The notes below the pieces were generated by a model, which saw nothing but the letters and a program-made list of their open reading frames with translations, was not told the DNA's origin and ran no database searches. Source: an uncultured delta proteobacterium (GTDB lineage: Bacteria > Myxococcota_A > Polyangia > Polyangiales > Polyangiaceae). Taken from it: DNA of 64,000 nucleotides. The position numbers and the translations under genes were made by a program. Numbering within the stretch: position 1 is the first letter of the stretch; each line of letters opens with the position of its first letter. This document shows positions 44,034 through 54,094 of this stretch, in pieces. The DNA is taken from positions 32,001 to 96,000 of the forward strand of contig CAVOKF010000002.1 of NCBI GenBank assembly GCA_963696385.1. The letters run 5' to 3'.

Positions 44034-45973
44034 GTCGGGTAGGCCGGGGATGTTGTCTCCCCGGCCCCCCTTCGGATCCGGACGTGCGCAATTCACGCAT
44101 CCGGCTCTTCGGTCACGGGTTCGCTGCGCGCGGGAGAAATGGGTGAGCGATGCGAGGCGGCGGGAGCGGGTAGCGCTCCAGCAGAAGCCGCATTCGCTTC
44201 CAAGGCATATGGCGTCGTTGCGACCGGCGGTTGAGCCACCGGCGCCACAACGCAATAGTCTTGCGGCAGAAGAGCGCGATGGCGCGGAAATTCCCGGTGA
44301 TTCCGTAATATCCGTAGTGACCACGCAGCTTTTGCCCAAGTGCCTTCTGCTGCTCGCGGATGGCGTCGTGCCGGTGCTCCCTGCACCATTGCGCGACCCG
44401 CGACACCGCTCTCCGGAAGCGGTCTTTGGCTGTTTTGCGCATGACAATCCACTTGCCAGAGCGAGCTTTGCCCCAGTAGTGCGTGAAGCCGAGTAGGTCG
44501 AAGCTGCCAGGACCTCGGTCGCCGCCATCGACTTTCGATGAGCGACGGTCAGGGCGCTGAAACTCCACCAACCGCGTCTTCTCGGGATGCAGCGCCAGGC
44601 CGTACGCACCCAATCGCTTCGGCAGCACGTCCAGCACCTTGCGGGCATCCACTTCATGCGAAAACAAAAGCACTGCATCGTCCGCGTAGCGGACGAGCAG
44701 CGCCTTGCCCGAAAGCCTTGGTTTAACTTCGCGCTCAAACCAGACGTCGAGCACCTCGTGCAGGAAAATGTTCGCCAGAATCGGCGAAATCACCCCGCCC
44801 TGCGGTGTGCCCGTTTCCGGATACGCAATGGCTCCGTCTTCGAGCACGCCCGCATTCAACCACTTTCCGATGAGCCGCAGCAGCACTCCGTCGTGCACCC
44901 TGCGGCGTAGGACTTCCCGTAATTTCCCGTGGTCCAGGACGTCGAAGAACTTGCGTACGTCGACCTCGAAAACCCACCCGCCACCCATCATTACCGCTTG
45001 ATTCTGCAGGGTCTCGAGCGCTTGATGCGCCGAGCGCCCCGGCCGGAAGCCGTACGAGCAGTCCAGAAAGTCCTGCTCGTAGACCGCCTCCAGCACCATC
45101 GCGACCGCGCGCTGCAATACCTTATCTTCGAAGCTGGGAATGCCGAGCGGTCTCGTTTCCGAGCCGCTCCCCTTCGGGATATGGACTCGCCGCACCGGCG
45201 GTGCTCGGTACGTACCAGACTTCGCGCGTTCGAGAAGCGACTGCAGGTTGCCCTCCAGGTTTTCCGCATACTCTTGCGCGCTCTGCCCGTCTACGCCACG
45301 AGCCCCGTCCTTGCGTGTGCGTCGGTACGCTTCGCGGAGCCAGTCGGTATCGATGTGATGGGCAAGCGTTCGGAACGCCATATCGGGCGCGTCCTTCGCC
45401 AGCTTTCGAGTTTCGTTGAGATGGGAATTGAGTTCGGCGCCTCGGCCATCGTTCCCTCCAGCGGTTCCGTGTTTTCCGGTGCCGCCCTTTGCTCGGCGGG
45501 GTCCCTTGGGACGGTTCCCCCGCGTCGTCGCTCCTACTGCGGCACTCCGACTTCCCGTCGCCCATCGCGCTTGGCTTCGTTGCCTTCGCCGCGCACTACC
45601 GCCGCAATTCAACAGCCGGAGGCGCCGGGATATCCCAGGTTCCTGGACCGTCCTTTGCGTACATGCCCTGCTGTTCACCCCGGCAGAGTCGACGGGCCAG
45701 GCCTTCGGGCTCGCCCGACTTTTCGGCACGTCGATGTTGCCTTCCGCGTTTCAAAACGCGTCGGCCTCCGCGAAGAGACGGATTTCGAGGCTCTTTGCAC
45801 GGCCTGCACGCCCGCTGTGTACGCTTCGCAGCCGCGATTGCTCGCGAACCACGCAACACTCGCTTCCGGCTGGCGGCCCCGCCTTGGCCGGTCGGGAATT
45901 TCACCCGCGGACGGTTACGTGAGGTTTCCGCTCTTACATGTCTTCCTCCTCACCCAGGCTTCGCCTGGCGCAC
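44034..45973 (-). mobile_element. Group II intron (1940 nt)
   Basis: 5' GTGCG at 45973; domain V GAGCCGGATGCGTGAATTGCGCACGTCCGGATC; domain VI hairpin ending CCCGAC at 44034. Confidence 0.93.
44113..45449 (-). CDS. ltrA: Group II intron reverse transcriptase/maturase without endonuclease domain; 5' frameshift
   Basis: [47 protein letters not shown]. Confidence 0.92.
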
Positions 45974-46591
45974 TTGAAAGTGCCATCCAATTGAGTGAAC
46001 GACGGGACCCGCATGCTTCCCGGCCTTCTCCTGCGGCATTTTGCCTTGGGTGCCGCCTCTCGGGAGGCGCGCAGCAGGCGCAAGCGGCGGGCATCCGCCT
46101 CCCGACGGGAGGCATCTCCATGCCCGGCACCGGAGCCACGCACAGGCATCCCTTTGATGCCGAGCATGGCTTGATGCCGAGCATGGCGAGGAGCCACCCG
46201 TTTGCGGCGGCGAGCACCGTCGAGACAATGCCGGGCACGGAAAAGGCCGTCTCTCCGCCCGGGCGCTGGCCGAAGGGCCAAGCCGTCAGGGTTGGGCACG
46301 CTGAAGAGCGTGCCTCCCGGGCCCCGAAGCCGCCCGCCGACGGCGGGCCTCTCCCCGTTCCCCCCTGAGCAGCGCGCAGCGCGGCTTGCCTCCGGCCCCG
46401 GCGGAGGCCGGGGGAAGGGCGACCGTGCCCTGCGTAGCCGAAGGCGAAGCATGGGAGCCCGCACAGGCGGCGGGCCGCCGAGCACGCGATTGGGGGAACT
46501 CGGCCGCCCGCAGTCGCCCGAAGCTGCCGTGAGGCAGCGTAGGGGGGCGAGGACGGACGCAAGGGGGCACCAGCACGCCTCGGCTCTGCGG

Positions 46592-46620
46592 TTGATTGAT
46601 CGCACGAATAGTATTATGAT
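46592..46620 (+). promoter_or_regulatory. Sigma70-type promoter of the vapBC-like operon
   Basis: TTGATT-17 bp-TATGAT, ending 32 bp before ATG 46653. Confidence 0.65.
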
Positions 46621-46652
46621 TCCAGTAGTTAGGAACAACGCCGAGGACCCCC

Positions 46653-46886
46653 ATGCGCGCCCCTACCCTCAAGCTGCCCGACCCGACGCTCGACCGGAAG
46701 CTGACGGCAATCGCCAAGCGGCGGCACACGACGCGCGCCAAGGCGTTGCGCGAGGCGCTGGACGCGTTGGACAAACAGACGACGAACCCCACCGTCGCAT
46801 CGCTGGCAGACGATCTGATTGGGTCGCTGGAAGGACCGGGCGATCTGCTCTCGAATCCGAAGCACATGGCTGGCTACGGGCGGTGA
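46653..46886 (+). CDS. RHH/CopG-family antitoxin
   Basis: TLKLPD.TLDRKL..IAKRR.TTRAKALREAL; GTGA overlap with the PIN gene. Confidence 0.8.
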   Translation: MRAPTLKLPDPTLDRKLTAIAKRRHTTRAKALREALDALDKQTTNPTVASLADDLIGSLEGPGDLLSNPKHMAGYGR

Positions 46887-47296
46887 CGGCGATCGTCGAT
46901 ACGGGGCCGCTGGTCGCCCTGCTCGACGCGCGTGAGCCGCACCATGCCTGGGCGCGCGAGACGCTCGGCAGGCTGGAGACGCCGATTCAGACCTGCGAGG
47001 CGGTGCTCAGCGAGGCGTGCTTCCTGCTGCGCGGTGTGAAGGGCGGCCGCAACGCAGTACTGTCGCTCGTGAGCCGGGGCATCGTCACACTGGACTTCCA
47101 GCTCGCTCCCGAACTCGAAGCGGTCCGCAAGCTCATGACGAAATACACGAGCGTGCCGATGGCGCTCGCCGACGCGTGCCTCGTGCGCATGAGCGAGCTC
47201 ACGGCGCGCAGCGCCGTCGTGACCGTCGACGGAGACTTTCGCATCTACCGCCGCAACGGGCGGCAGGCCATCCCGGTCGTGATGCCGGAGGACTGA
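46883..47296 (+). CDS. PIN-domain VapC-like toxin
   Basis: IVDTGPLVAL...VLSEACFLL...LADACLV...TVDGDF. Confidence 0.88.
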   Translation: MTAIVDTGPLVALLDAREPHHAWARETLGRLETPIQTCEAVLSEACFLLRGVKGGRNAVLSLVSRGIVTLDFQLAPELEAVRKLMTKYTSVPMALADACLVRMSELTARSAVVTVDGDFRIYRRNGRQAIPVVMPED

Positions 47297-47299
47297 GCG

Positions 47300-47497
47300 C
47301 TATCGGGGAGGCCCCTCATTCCGGGGAAGGACGTCCCCGGCCGTCGCGTCCGCACCAGCCTCGGAGGCCTCGTATTCCTCTTTCAGCAGCCGAAGCCCGG
47401 CCGCGCACACGTCTGCGACGCTGGCGTAATGGCCGGCAGTGACCTCCGCTTCGGCGAAGGCAAGAAGATCATCTGGCAAATGGACTGTAAAGGACAT
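47300..47497 (-). CDS. ParD-like RHH antitoxin, orphan or truncated
   Basis: VHLPDDL.AF....V.AGHYASVADV..AGLRLL. Confidence 0.7.
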   Translation of the reverse strand: MSFTVHLPDDLLAFAEAEVTAGHYASVADVCAAGLRLLKEEYEASEAGADATAGDVLPRNEGPPR

Positions 47498-47536
47498 GGA
47501 CTCGCTCGAACCGTTCCCTCACTCTCTTCCGCTTTG

Positions 47537-47552
47537 GCGAGTAGTAAGCCCA
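47537..47552 (+). repeat. Left end of dif-like repeat (copy J); 5' exon of the second intron
   Basis: gcgagtagtaagccca matches gcgagtagtaaaccca of copies E/F at 15/16. Confidence 0.65.
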
Positions 47553-48241
47553 GTGCGACCAGGCAAGGCTGGTCTGAAAGGAATGAGATGCGATGAGCTC
47601 ATAAAATTCAGAGAGTCGTCCAGCGGGTGCGAACCCCGCCCGGCGAAGGGCCGAGCCCGTCCAGCCGGAAGCGAGGCTTGCGCCGGCCGCCGCAAGGCGT
47701 TCGGCGATGCGTAGTCACGCGAGTGAGTGGGCCGTGGGGAATGCAGCCACGAAAACTACATCAGTCCGGATGCCGAGCGCTTTGGGCGGCGCGAAGGCGA
47801 CGGCGGCTGCTGCGCAGCAGGGCGAGCAGGAGCCGCATCCGGCGGGGTCTACGACCACGGCACGCCACAAGAGGACGAACCAGACACCTGGGAGGCCCTC
47901 GCTTTTCCTCGGTGAAATCCCGGAGCAACGGAGAGCCGGTCACCCGTCTCCGACGCGCCGAGCGCACGCGGATGCGCGCACGGCCGGCCGAGCGCCTCCC
48001 CGTGAGGGGCTCCGCGCAGAACAAGCATTCGCGCCGAGGTAGGCCGCTGGCGAGGGGAGACCGGAGCCACGGCCGAAGGAAGCGGGGGAGTCGGAGGGCC
48101 GCATACGAGCGTGGACGTCGGGGAACGGATTGGCACCCGGACCCGGCCGAGCAAAGGCGGCCCGTGCTGAGTTGAACTTCAGGAGGGAACCATGCCCGAC
48201 GCATCGACGTTGGAAGACATGTCACCGAAACTATTGAAGGT
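47553..48241 (+). mobile_element. Truncated group II intron (5' domains and start of the RT ORF)
   Basis: Starts GTGCGACC; GNRA-rich hairpins; AGGAGGGAACC-ATG and MPDASTLEDMSPKLLKV resemble the RT start of the first intron; then an abrupt break. Confidence 0.75.
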
Positions 48242-48339
48242 GTCCCGTAAATAATGAACAGATTGGCGCGCCGATGGACCAGACCCTGCGGACCGTCTTG
48301 GCCGGAGGCCGTGTCACAGAACTTGAACCGGAACCGAGC

Positions 48340-49115
48340 TATTGCGCGCAAACGGAGAGAGCGCGGCAGCGAGACGGAAAACGAAGACGGCGGGGCCGAT
48401 GCAGGCCCCCTGGACGCAACGTTCGTGTCCATGGGACGCGACAATTCGGTCTGTGCGATCGCGTCGGGCGGCGGTGCCGTGTGTTGGGGCGACGCCATCA
48501 ACGGAGAGTTCGGGTTCAACCCCATTCCCGTTCCCGCTCCGGTCATGGGTCTCGCGAGCGGCATCACCGGCGTGTCCGTCGGACAAATCTCTGCCTGCGC
48601 GATCGGGTCGGGCGGCGCGGTGGTGTGCTGAGGGGACAATTCGGACGGGGAGCTCGGCAACGGCTCCACGACGACCAGTGCCGTTCCGGTCCAGGTCACA
48701 AGCCTGACGATCGGTGTCACGTTCGTGTCGGTGGGAGACCTGTCGGCCTGTGCTGTGGAGTCCAGCGGCGCAATCCAGTGCTGGGGCGATAACACCGGCA
48801 ACACGTCCACCCCGAGCAGTTCGGTGCCGGTGCCCGTCATGGGCCTCGCGAGCGGTGCGATCGCCGTGTCCGCGGGCACGGTCGCCTGCGCGATCGCGTC
48901 GGGCGGCGCCGTCCAGTGCTGGGGTGGCAATAGCTTGGGCCAGCTCGGCAACGGCACCACGACCGACAGCGCAGTGCCGGTGCAGGTGACCGGCCTCACG
49001 AGCGGCGCAACCAGCGTCTCCGTGGGGGTCGCCGTCGCCTGCGCCGTTGTGGCCGGGGGCGTCCAGTGCTGGGGCAGCAAAGAGTACGGACAACTCGGCA
49101 ACGGGTCCACGAGGC
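48340..49115 (+). pseudogene. RCC1-repeat protein fragment with in-frame TGA at 48629
   Basis: CAI.SGGAV.CWG.N..GQLGNG repeats. Confidence 0.8.
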
Positions 49116-49326
49116 GTGACTTCCGTGTCCGTGAGCGTGAGGGCCGCGGACCTCGAGAGGAGCCATCACAGCGGCGAGGCCGGTCGGGCGCAGGGCTGCC
49201 GTCCCCGGGCGTCACCCGTTCGGGGGAGCCGCGTCGCCTTGACGCCTCCGGCGGCGCCGGGCAGAGTCCCTTCCTGACGGGAGCGGCGGATGGGTCCGGC
49301 AGCCAAAGATCACGGGGAAGAGCGCT

Positions 49327-52300
49327 TTGCGATGGCAGACTTGTTTTCGGCGCCCTGACGGCCATGTGCCGGCAACCGGATCGGACGTGCGACGGGCGGC
49401 GCGCCGAGGCGTATCGGCGCGCATTCCATGGCCGCAGAGGGGATTGGACCTGACCGGGCGGCTGCATGCAGCCGTCGGGGCTTTCGCGAGCGTCGGCCCG
49501 ACCGTCCTCGGGCCGTGCCTCGGCGTGCTCCGCCGACTCGCGAGCGTCGCGATCCTTGCCGCCCTGGCGACGGGCTGCTCGAGCAAGGTCATTCAGGCCG
49601 GCGGCCTGGAGCTGATCCTCGAGACGAACATGAAGCAGGGGACGGACTTCAATTCGATCACCGTCGACATCCAGGAAGAGCAAGGCGAAGCCGGTACGTT
49701 TCGGACCGTCACCGACGTCCCCATCCCCGTTCAGATGGGCACGCTGCCCGGGACGATCTCCATCGCCGCCGGCAAGAGCGGCAACGAAGTGGCGCTCATC
49801 ACGATCACGGCGATGTTGGGCAACACGCCTGTGGTCGACCGCGTGATCGAGGTTCAGGTGCCCGAGGATCGGGTCGCCGAGCTGGTGGTCTTGCTTTCGT
49901 CGAATTGCGCCGGCCAGCTTCACACGAGCTGCCAGGATCCGCAGAGCGAGAGCTGTCAACCGGCTTCGGGGACCTGCGGTTCGGATTCGGTGAATGCTTC
50001 GACCTTGCCCACCTACTCGCCGAACGAGTTCGAAGGGGGGTCGGCGGACGCGACAATCGTCGAAGCCGGGCTCGAGGCCGCAACCGCGGAAACCGGGCCC
50101 GCGGCGCCGCCGGATGCGACGGTCGCCGAAACGGGGTCAGACGCCGCACCGGACGGCACGGCACCCGGCGATGCTTCCGCCGAGCCCGACGCCGTGCCGG
50201 ACGGGCCCCCGTGCACACCGGGTGGATCGTGTACTTTTTCGTCGTGTCAGTCGGGTTCGTACGTGTGCGAGGACGGCGGACGGGTCTGCAGTCCCATTGC
50301 GACGGGACGGATCGAGGCGGGCACGGCCTGCTCCGAGCCTGACGATGCGGATGTCGCGATCGACGCTGGAGCGGAGACGTTCGTGTGCAACGCGGCCGGG
50401 GCGTGCGTCGAGTGCAACGCCGGGGGCGATTGCTCCGAACCCGCACAGCCTTGCATTCGCAAGGCGTATGCCTGCTCCTCGGGGGTGGCCACGTGTCAGA
50501 CGGTCGGAGACGCGGTCGAAGGTTCCTCGTGCGGCGCAGGTTTGTACTGCTACAACGGCGTTTGCAGCGCCTGCACGGTCGGCGCCGCATGCGCACCGGC
50601 AACGCAGCCGTGTCACCTCGGCAGCGTCACGGCCTGCACGGCCGGCGTGGCGACGTGCACCGACCAGACCACGAACGCCGCGGCGGGCAAGTCGTGTGAA
50701 ACCGCGACAGTCCCGATCGGTGTCTGCGACGGCGCGGGCAACTGCGTTTCGTGTACGCCGAACGCGCTATGCACCCCCACGGGCAACACGTGCCAAAGCG
50801 GGACGATGTCCTGCTCGTCCGGCCCCGAGTGCGTCGCCGGAAGCGCCGTCAACCAGGGGAAGCCATGCGGGACCGGCAAGGTTTGCTCCAGCGGAACCTG
50901 CGTGGCGTGCGGCGCGGCGTCCTGCCCCGATGGGTGCTGCAATGCCGACGGGTGCGTCGCCGCCGAGACGACGACCGAATGCGGCCTGGGCGGCGTCGCG
51001 TGCAGCACGTGTCCCCCGCCCGCCGTGGGGGGCGTGGCGGCGTGCGACACGTCCACCGGCGCCTGCGCGGTCACGTGCAACGGGGGCTACCACGCTTGCT
51101 CGGGTGCGTGCGCGGCCAACACGAGTGTGAACACCTGCGGGAGTTCGTGCACGCCATGCGCCCTGCCCAACGCGACGTCCACGTGTACGGGCGGCGCCTG
51201 CGCCATCGCGACGTGCGACCCCGGATTCGGCAACTGCAACGGCCTCGCCTCGGACGGCTGCGAGACTCCCCTCGATACCACCACGAACTGCGCCGGATGC
51301 AACGTCGCCTGCACGCAGCCGAACGCCACGGCGACGTGCGCGACGGGCGTGTGCGCCATCGCCACGTGCGACGGGGGCTACCATATTTGCTCGGGTGCGT
51401 GCGCGGCCAACACGAGTGTGAACACCTGCGGGAGTTCATGCACGCCATGCGCCCTGCCCAACGCGACGTCCACGTGTACGGGCGGCGCCTGCGCCATCGC
51501 GACGTGCGACCCCGGATTCGGCAACTGCAACGGCCTCGCCTCGGACGGCTGCGAGACTCCTCTCGATACCACCACGAACTGCGCCGGATGCAACGTCGCC
51601 TGCACGCAGCCGAACGCCACGGCGACGTGCGCGACGGGCGTGTGCGCCATCGCCGCGTGCGATGAGGGCTACCATATTTGTTCGGGTGCGTGCGCGGCCA
51701 ACACGAGTGTGAACACCTGCGGGAGTGCGTGCACGCCGTGCGCCCTGTCGAACGCGACCTCCGCGTGCACGGACGGCGCGTGCGCCATCGCGACGTGCGA
51801 CACCGACTTCGGCAATTGCAACGGCCTCGCCTCGGACGGCTGCGAGGTGGACCTATTGACTTCGTCCACGAATTGCGGCGCGTGCCAACACGACTGCTTG
51901 GGCGGAGAGTGCTTGGACGGCGAGTGTCAGCCCATTGCGATCGTGCCGGCGACGGCTCAGCCGACCGCGGTCACCAGCGACGGCACGCAGGTCATGTGGA
52001 CCAACTCGGCCGGCGCGGTCCAGGGAGTCAAAGTCACCGGCGGCACGACGTGGACGTTGGGCAGCGCGACCAACGCAAGCCCGTACATCACCAACGACGG
52101 GACGTACACGTATTGGGCGAACAACCTGCCCTGCGCGGATCCCTTGGGGTCGGCGGCCGTCCTTTCGGCGCTCGACACCGGCGGCCCGGCGACGACGCAG
52201 TGGTCCATCGGGAACTGCGGCGTACCGGTCACGATGCAGAGCGTGCTGGCGACCGGCACGACTCTCTATTCCGTCCTGTTCAACCCCTTTGACGGCGAAT

Positions 52301-52824
52301 GCGGCGCGACGCTCTATCTCCAGCCGCTCCAGATGCCGAGCGCGACGTCACCCCCGGCCTTCACCAACGGGCCTTGCGTCCCCAAGGGCTTGGCCGCCGA
52401 CGTCACCTCCATCTATTGGACCGACCTAGGCACGGGAGCGGTCATGGCCGAGCCGCTCGCCGGTGGCACGCCCACATCGCTCGCGAGCGCCGTGAGCCCG
52501 CTGGGCATCGGTGTCGCGGGCGGTTACGTGTATTGGACCGATAACGTCAGCGATGTGCTCCAGCGGGTCGCGACATCGCTCGCGACGACGGCGCAGACTC
52601 TGGAAAGCACGACCGCACCGGGGCCGCTCTACGTGGACGGAACGAACGTCTACTGGATCGACAGCGCCGGAGTGGAGCGGGCTCCCGTCGCCGGCGGCAC
52701 GGTGGTGACCGTCGGTGTTGGGCAAACGCCGGTCGCGATCGCCGGTGACGCGACGGCCGTTTATTGGGCCAACCAGGGAACCGGCGCCGACAACGGCTCC
52801 ATTGAGAGACTCCGCAAGCCCTAG
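49327..52824 (+). CDS. Large Cys-rich repeat lipoprotein with C-terminal beta-propeller (true start likely later)
   Basis: LATGC lipobox; many Cys repeats including GNCNG..SDGCE; YWT/YWA repeats at the C-terminus. Confidence 0.8.
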   Translation: MRWQTCFRRPDGHVPATGSDVRRAARRGVSARIPWPQRGLDLTGRLHAAVGAFASVGPTVLGPCLGVLRRLASVAILAALATGCSSKVIQAGGLELILETNMKQGTDFNSITVDIQEEQGEAGTFRTVTDVPIPVQMGTLPGTISIAAGKSGNEVALITITAMLGNTPVVDRVIEVQVPEDRVAELVVLLSSNCAGQLHTSCQDPQSESCQPASGTCGSDSVNASTLPTYSPNEFEGGSADATIVEAGLEAATAETGPAAPPDATVAETGSDAAPDGTAPGDASAEPDAVPDGPPCTPGGSCTFSSCQSGSYVCEDGGRVCSPIATGRIEAGTACSEPDDADVAIDAGAETFVCNAAGACVECNAGGDCSEPAQPCIRKAYACSSGVATCQTVGDAVEGSSCGAGLYCYNGVCSACTVGAACAPATQPCHLGSVTACTAGVATCTDQTTNAAAGKSCETATVPIGVCDGAGNCVSCTPNALCTPTGNTCQSGTMSCSSGPECVAGSAVNQGKPCGTGKVCSSGTCVACGAASCPDGCCNADGCVAAETTTECGLGGVACSTCPPPAVGGVAACDTSTGACAVTCNGGYHACSGACAANTSVNTCGSSCTPCALPNATSTCTGGACAIATCDPGFGNCNGLASDGCETPLDTTTNCAGCNVACTQPNATATCATGVCAIATCDGGYHICSGACAANTSVNTCGSSCTPCALPNATSTCTGGACAIATCDPGFGNCNGLASDGCETPLDTTTNCAGCNVACTQPNATATCATGVCAIAACDEGYHICSGACAANTSVNTCGSACTPCALSNATSACTDGACAIATCDTDFGNCNGLASDGCEVDLLTSSTNCGACQHDCLGGECLDGECQPIAIVPATAQPTAVTSDGTQVMWTNSAGAVQGVKVTGGTTWTLGSATNASPYITNDGTYTYWANNLPCADPLGSAAVLSALDTGGPATTQWSIGNCGVPVTMQSVLATGTTLYSVLFNPFDGECGATLYLQPLQMPSATSPPAFTNGPCVPKGLAADVTSIYWTDLGTGAVMAEPLAGGTPTSLASAVSPLGIGVAGGYVYWTDNVSDVLQRVATSLATTAQTLESTTAPGPLYVDGTNVYWIDSAGVERAPVAGGTVVTVGVGQTPVAIAGDATAVYWANQGTGADNGSIERLRKP
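51081..51845 (+). repeat. 291-bp (97-codon) intragenic tandem repeat, about 2.6 copies
   Basis: Units start at 51081, 51372 and 51663; the first two are nearly identical. Confidence 0.92.
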
Positions 52825-52904
52825 CCGTTGCCGTGTTCGGCGGCACCGGCTACGGCGAGCCTGTCCTGGCTCCTTGGGGATGGCCTCGACTATGTTCGCG
52901 CACG

Positions 52905-53924
52905 ATGTTCGCCATCGTGACCGTGCTTGCCGCCGCTCTCGTGGACCTGTTTCGCTCGCGACGGTCGTTGCTCACCGAAAGCGCTTTGCTCCGACACCAA
53001 CACCCCGTGCTGGAGCGGTCGGTCGCCCGGCCGCACGTGACGCGGCTCGACCGGATCGTGCTGGTGGCACTCGCTGCCATCACGCCGACGTGGCGGAACC
53101 TGCTGCGGGTGCTCCAACCCGAGACGCTTCTCCGCTGGCACCCCGCCGGCTTCAAGGCTCTCCGGCGCTGGCGCAGCCGACCAGGGCCGACGTTGCGCAT
53201 CGCGGCCGAGACCGTGGCGCTGATCCGCACGATGGCGCGTGAAAACTCGCTTTGGGGTGCGGAGAGGATTCGCGGAGAGTTGCTCAAGCTCGGAATCAAA
53301 GCCAGCAAGCGCACGGTGCAGAAGTACATGCGCGCCGCGCGACCGCAGCGGCCTGAAAGGCAGCGCTGGTCCACGTTTCTGCGAAACCATGCCTGCGACA
53401 TCTGAGCTTGCGATTTCTTGCAAGCCTACGATTTGTTCTTCCGCCCCATCTTCACGCTCGTGTTCATCGAACTGGCCACGCGCAACGTCGTGTTCGCCGC
53501 AACGACGCGCACGCCGTCACAGGCATGGGTCGCGCAGCGGCTTCGCAACGCGACCCCCCTCGGCGTGGCACCGAAGTTCTTGATTCGCGACCGAGACGAC
53601 AAGTTCGGGACCGCCCTCGATGCGCTGGCCCTTGCCACCGGCATCCGGGTGATCCGCACGGCGGTGCGCGCGCCCAACATGAACGCCATCTGTAAACGCT
53701 TTCTCGGCTCGCTGCGTCGCGAGTGCCTCGACCACATCCTGGTGCTTGACGACCGGCACTTGCACCGCGTGGTCGCCGAGTACATCCGCTACTTCAACGC
53801 CGCACGCCCTCACCAAGGGCTCCGCCAGCAGACGCCGGTGCCCGCCGTGCGCCCCAGCGACGGGAAGGTCGTCCGATTGCCGGTGCTTGGCGGCCTGCAT
53901 CATGACTATCGCAGAGCTGCATGA
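52905..53924 (+). pseudogene. rve integrase-core IS transposase with internal stop
   Basis: PETLLRWH, WGAERIRGEL, TGA at 53403, ACDF, LIRDRD, RRECLDH. Confidence 0.88.
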
Positions 53925-54094
53925 AAGACGCGATTGCGCGCCGATTCGCGAAGTAGCCAGCACGGTGCGAGCGAGCTGCCTCGGTTAGAGCTCGCCGAAC
54001 GCGAAGTTGGGCTTCGCGATGTCGCTGAGCGCGTGGTTGACCAAGTTGCATTAGTCGGTTGACGAAGTTGCTCTCAAGTGCCACCCTAAGGATC

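Noticed and set aside
44113..45449. RT as a DGR or retron RT
   Set aside because: It has YADD plus a maturase domain and lies within canonical group II intron boundaries; no TR/VR pair or avd gene was seen.
27322..47552. Repeat family as a CRISPR array
   Set aside because: Copies are ~85-120 bp, divergent, 0.2-5.5 kb apart and in both orientations; no cas genes are present.
27322..47552. Repeat family as integron attC sites
   Set aside because: No RYYYAAC...GTTRRRY ends or full-length palindrome, and neither integrase looks like IntI by eye.
48241..48340. tgtcccgtaaataa... as an IS end that truncated the second intron
   Set aside because: Plausible, but no partner end or transposase was found in the window.
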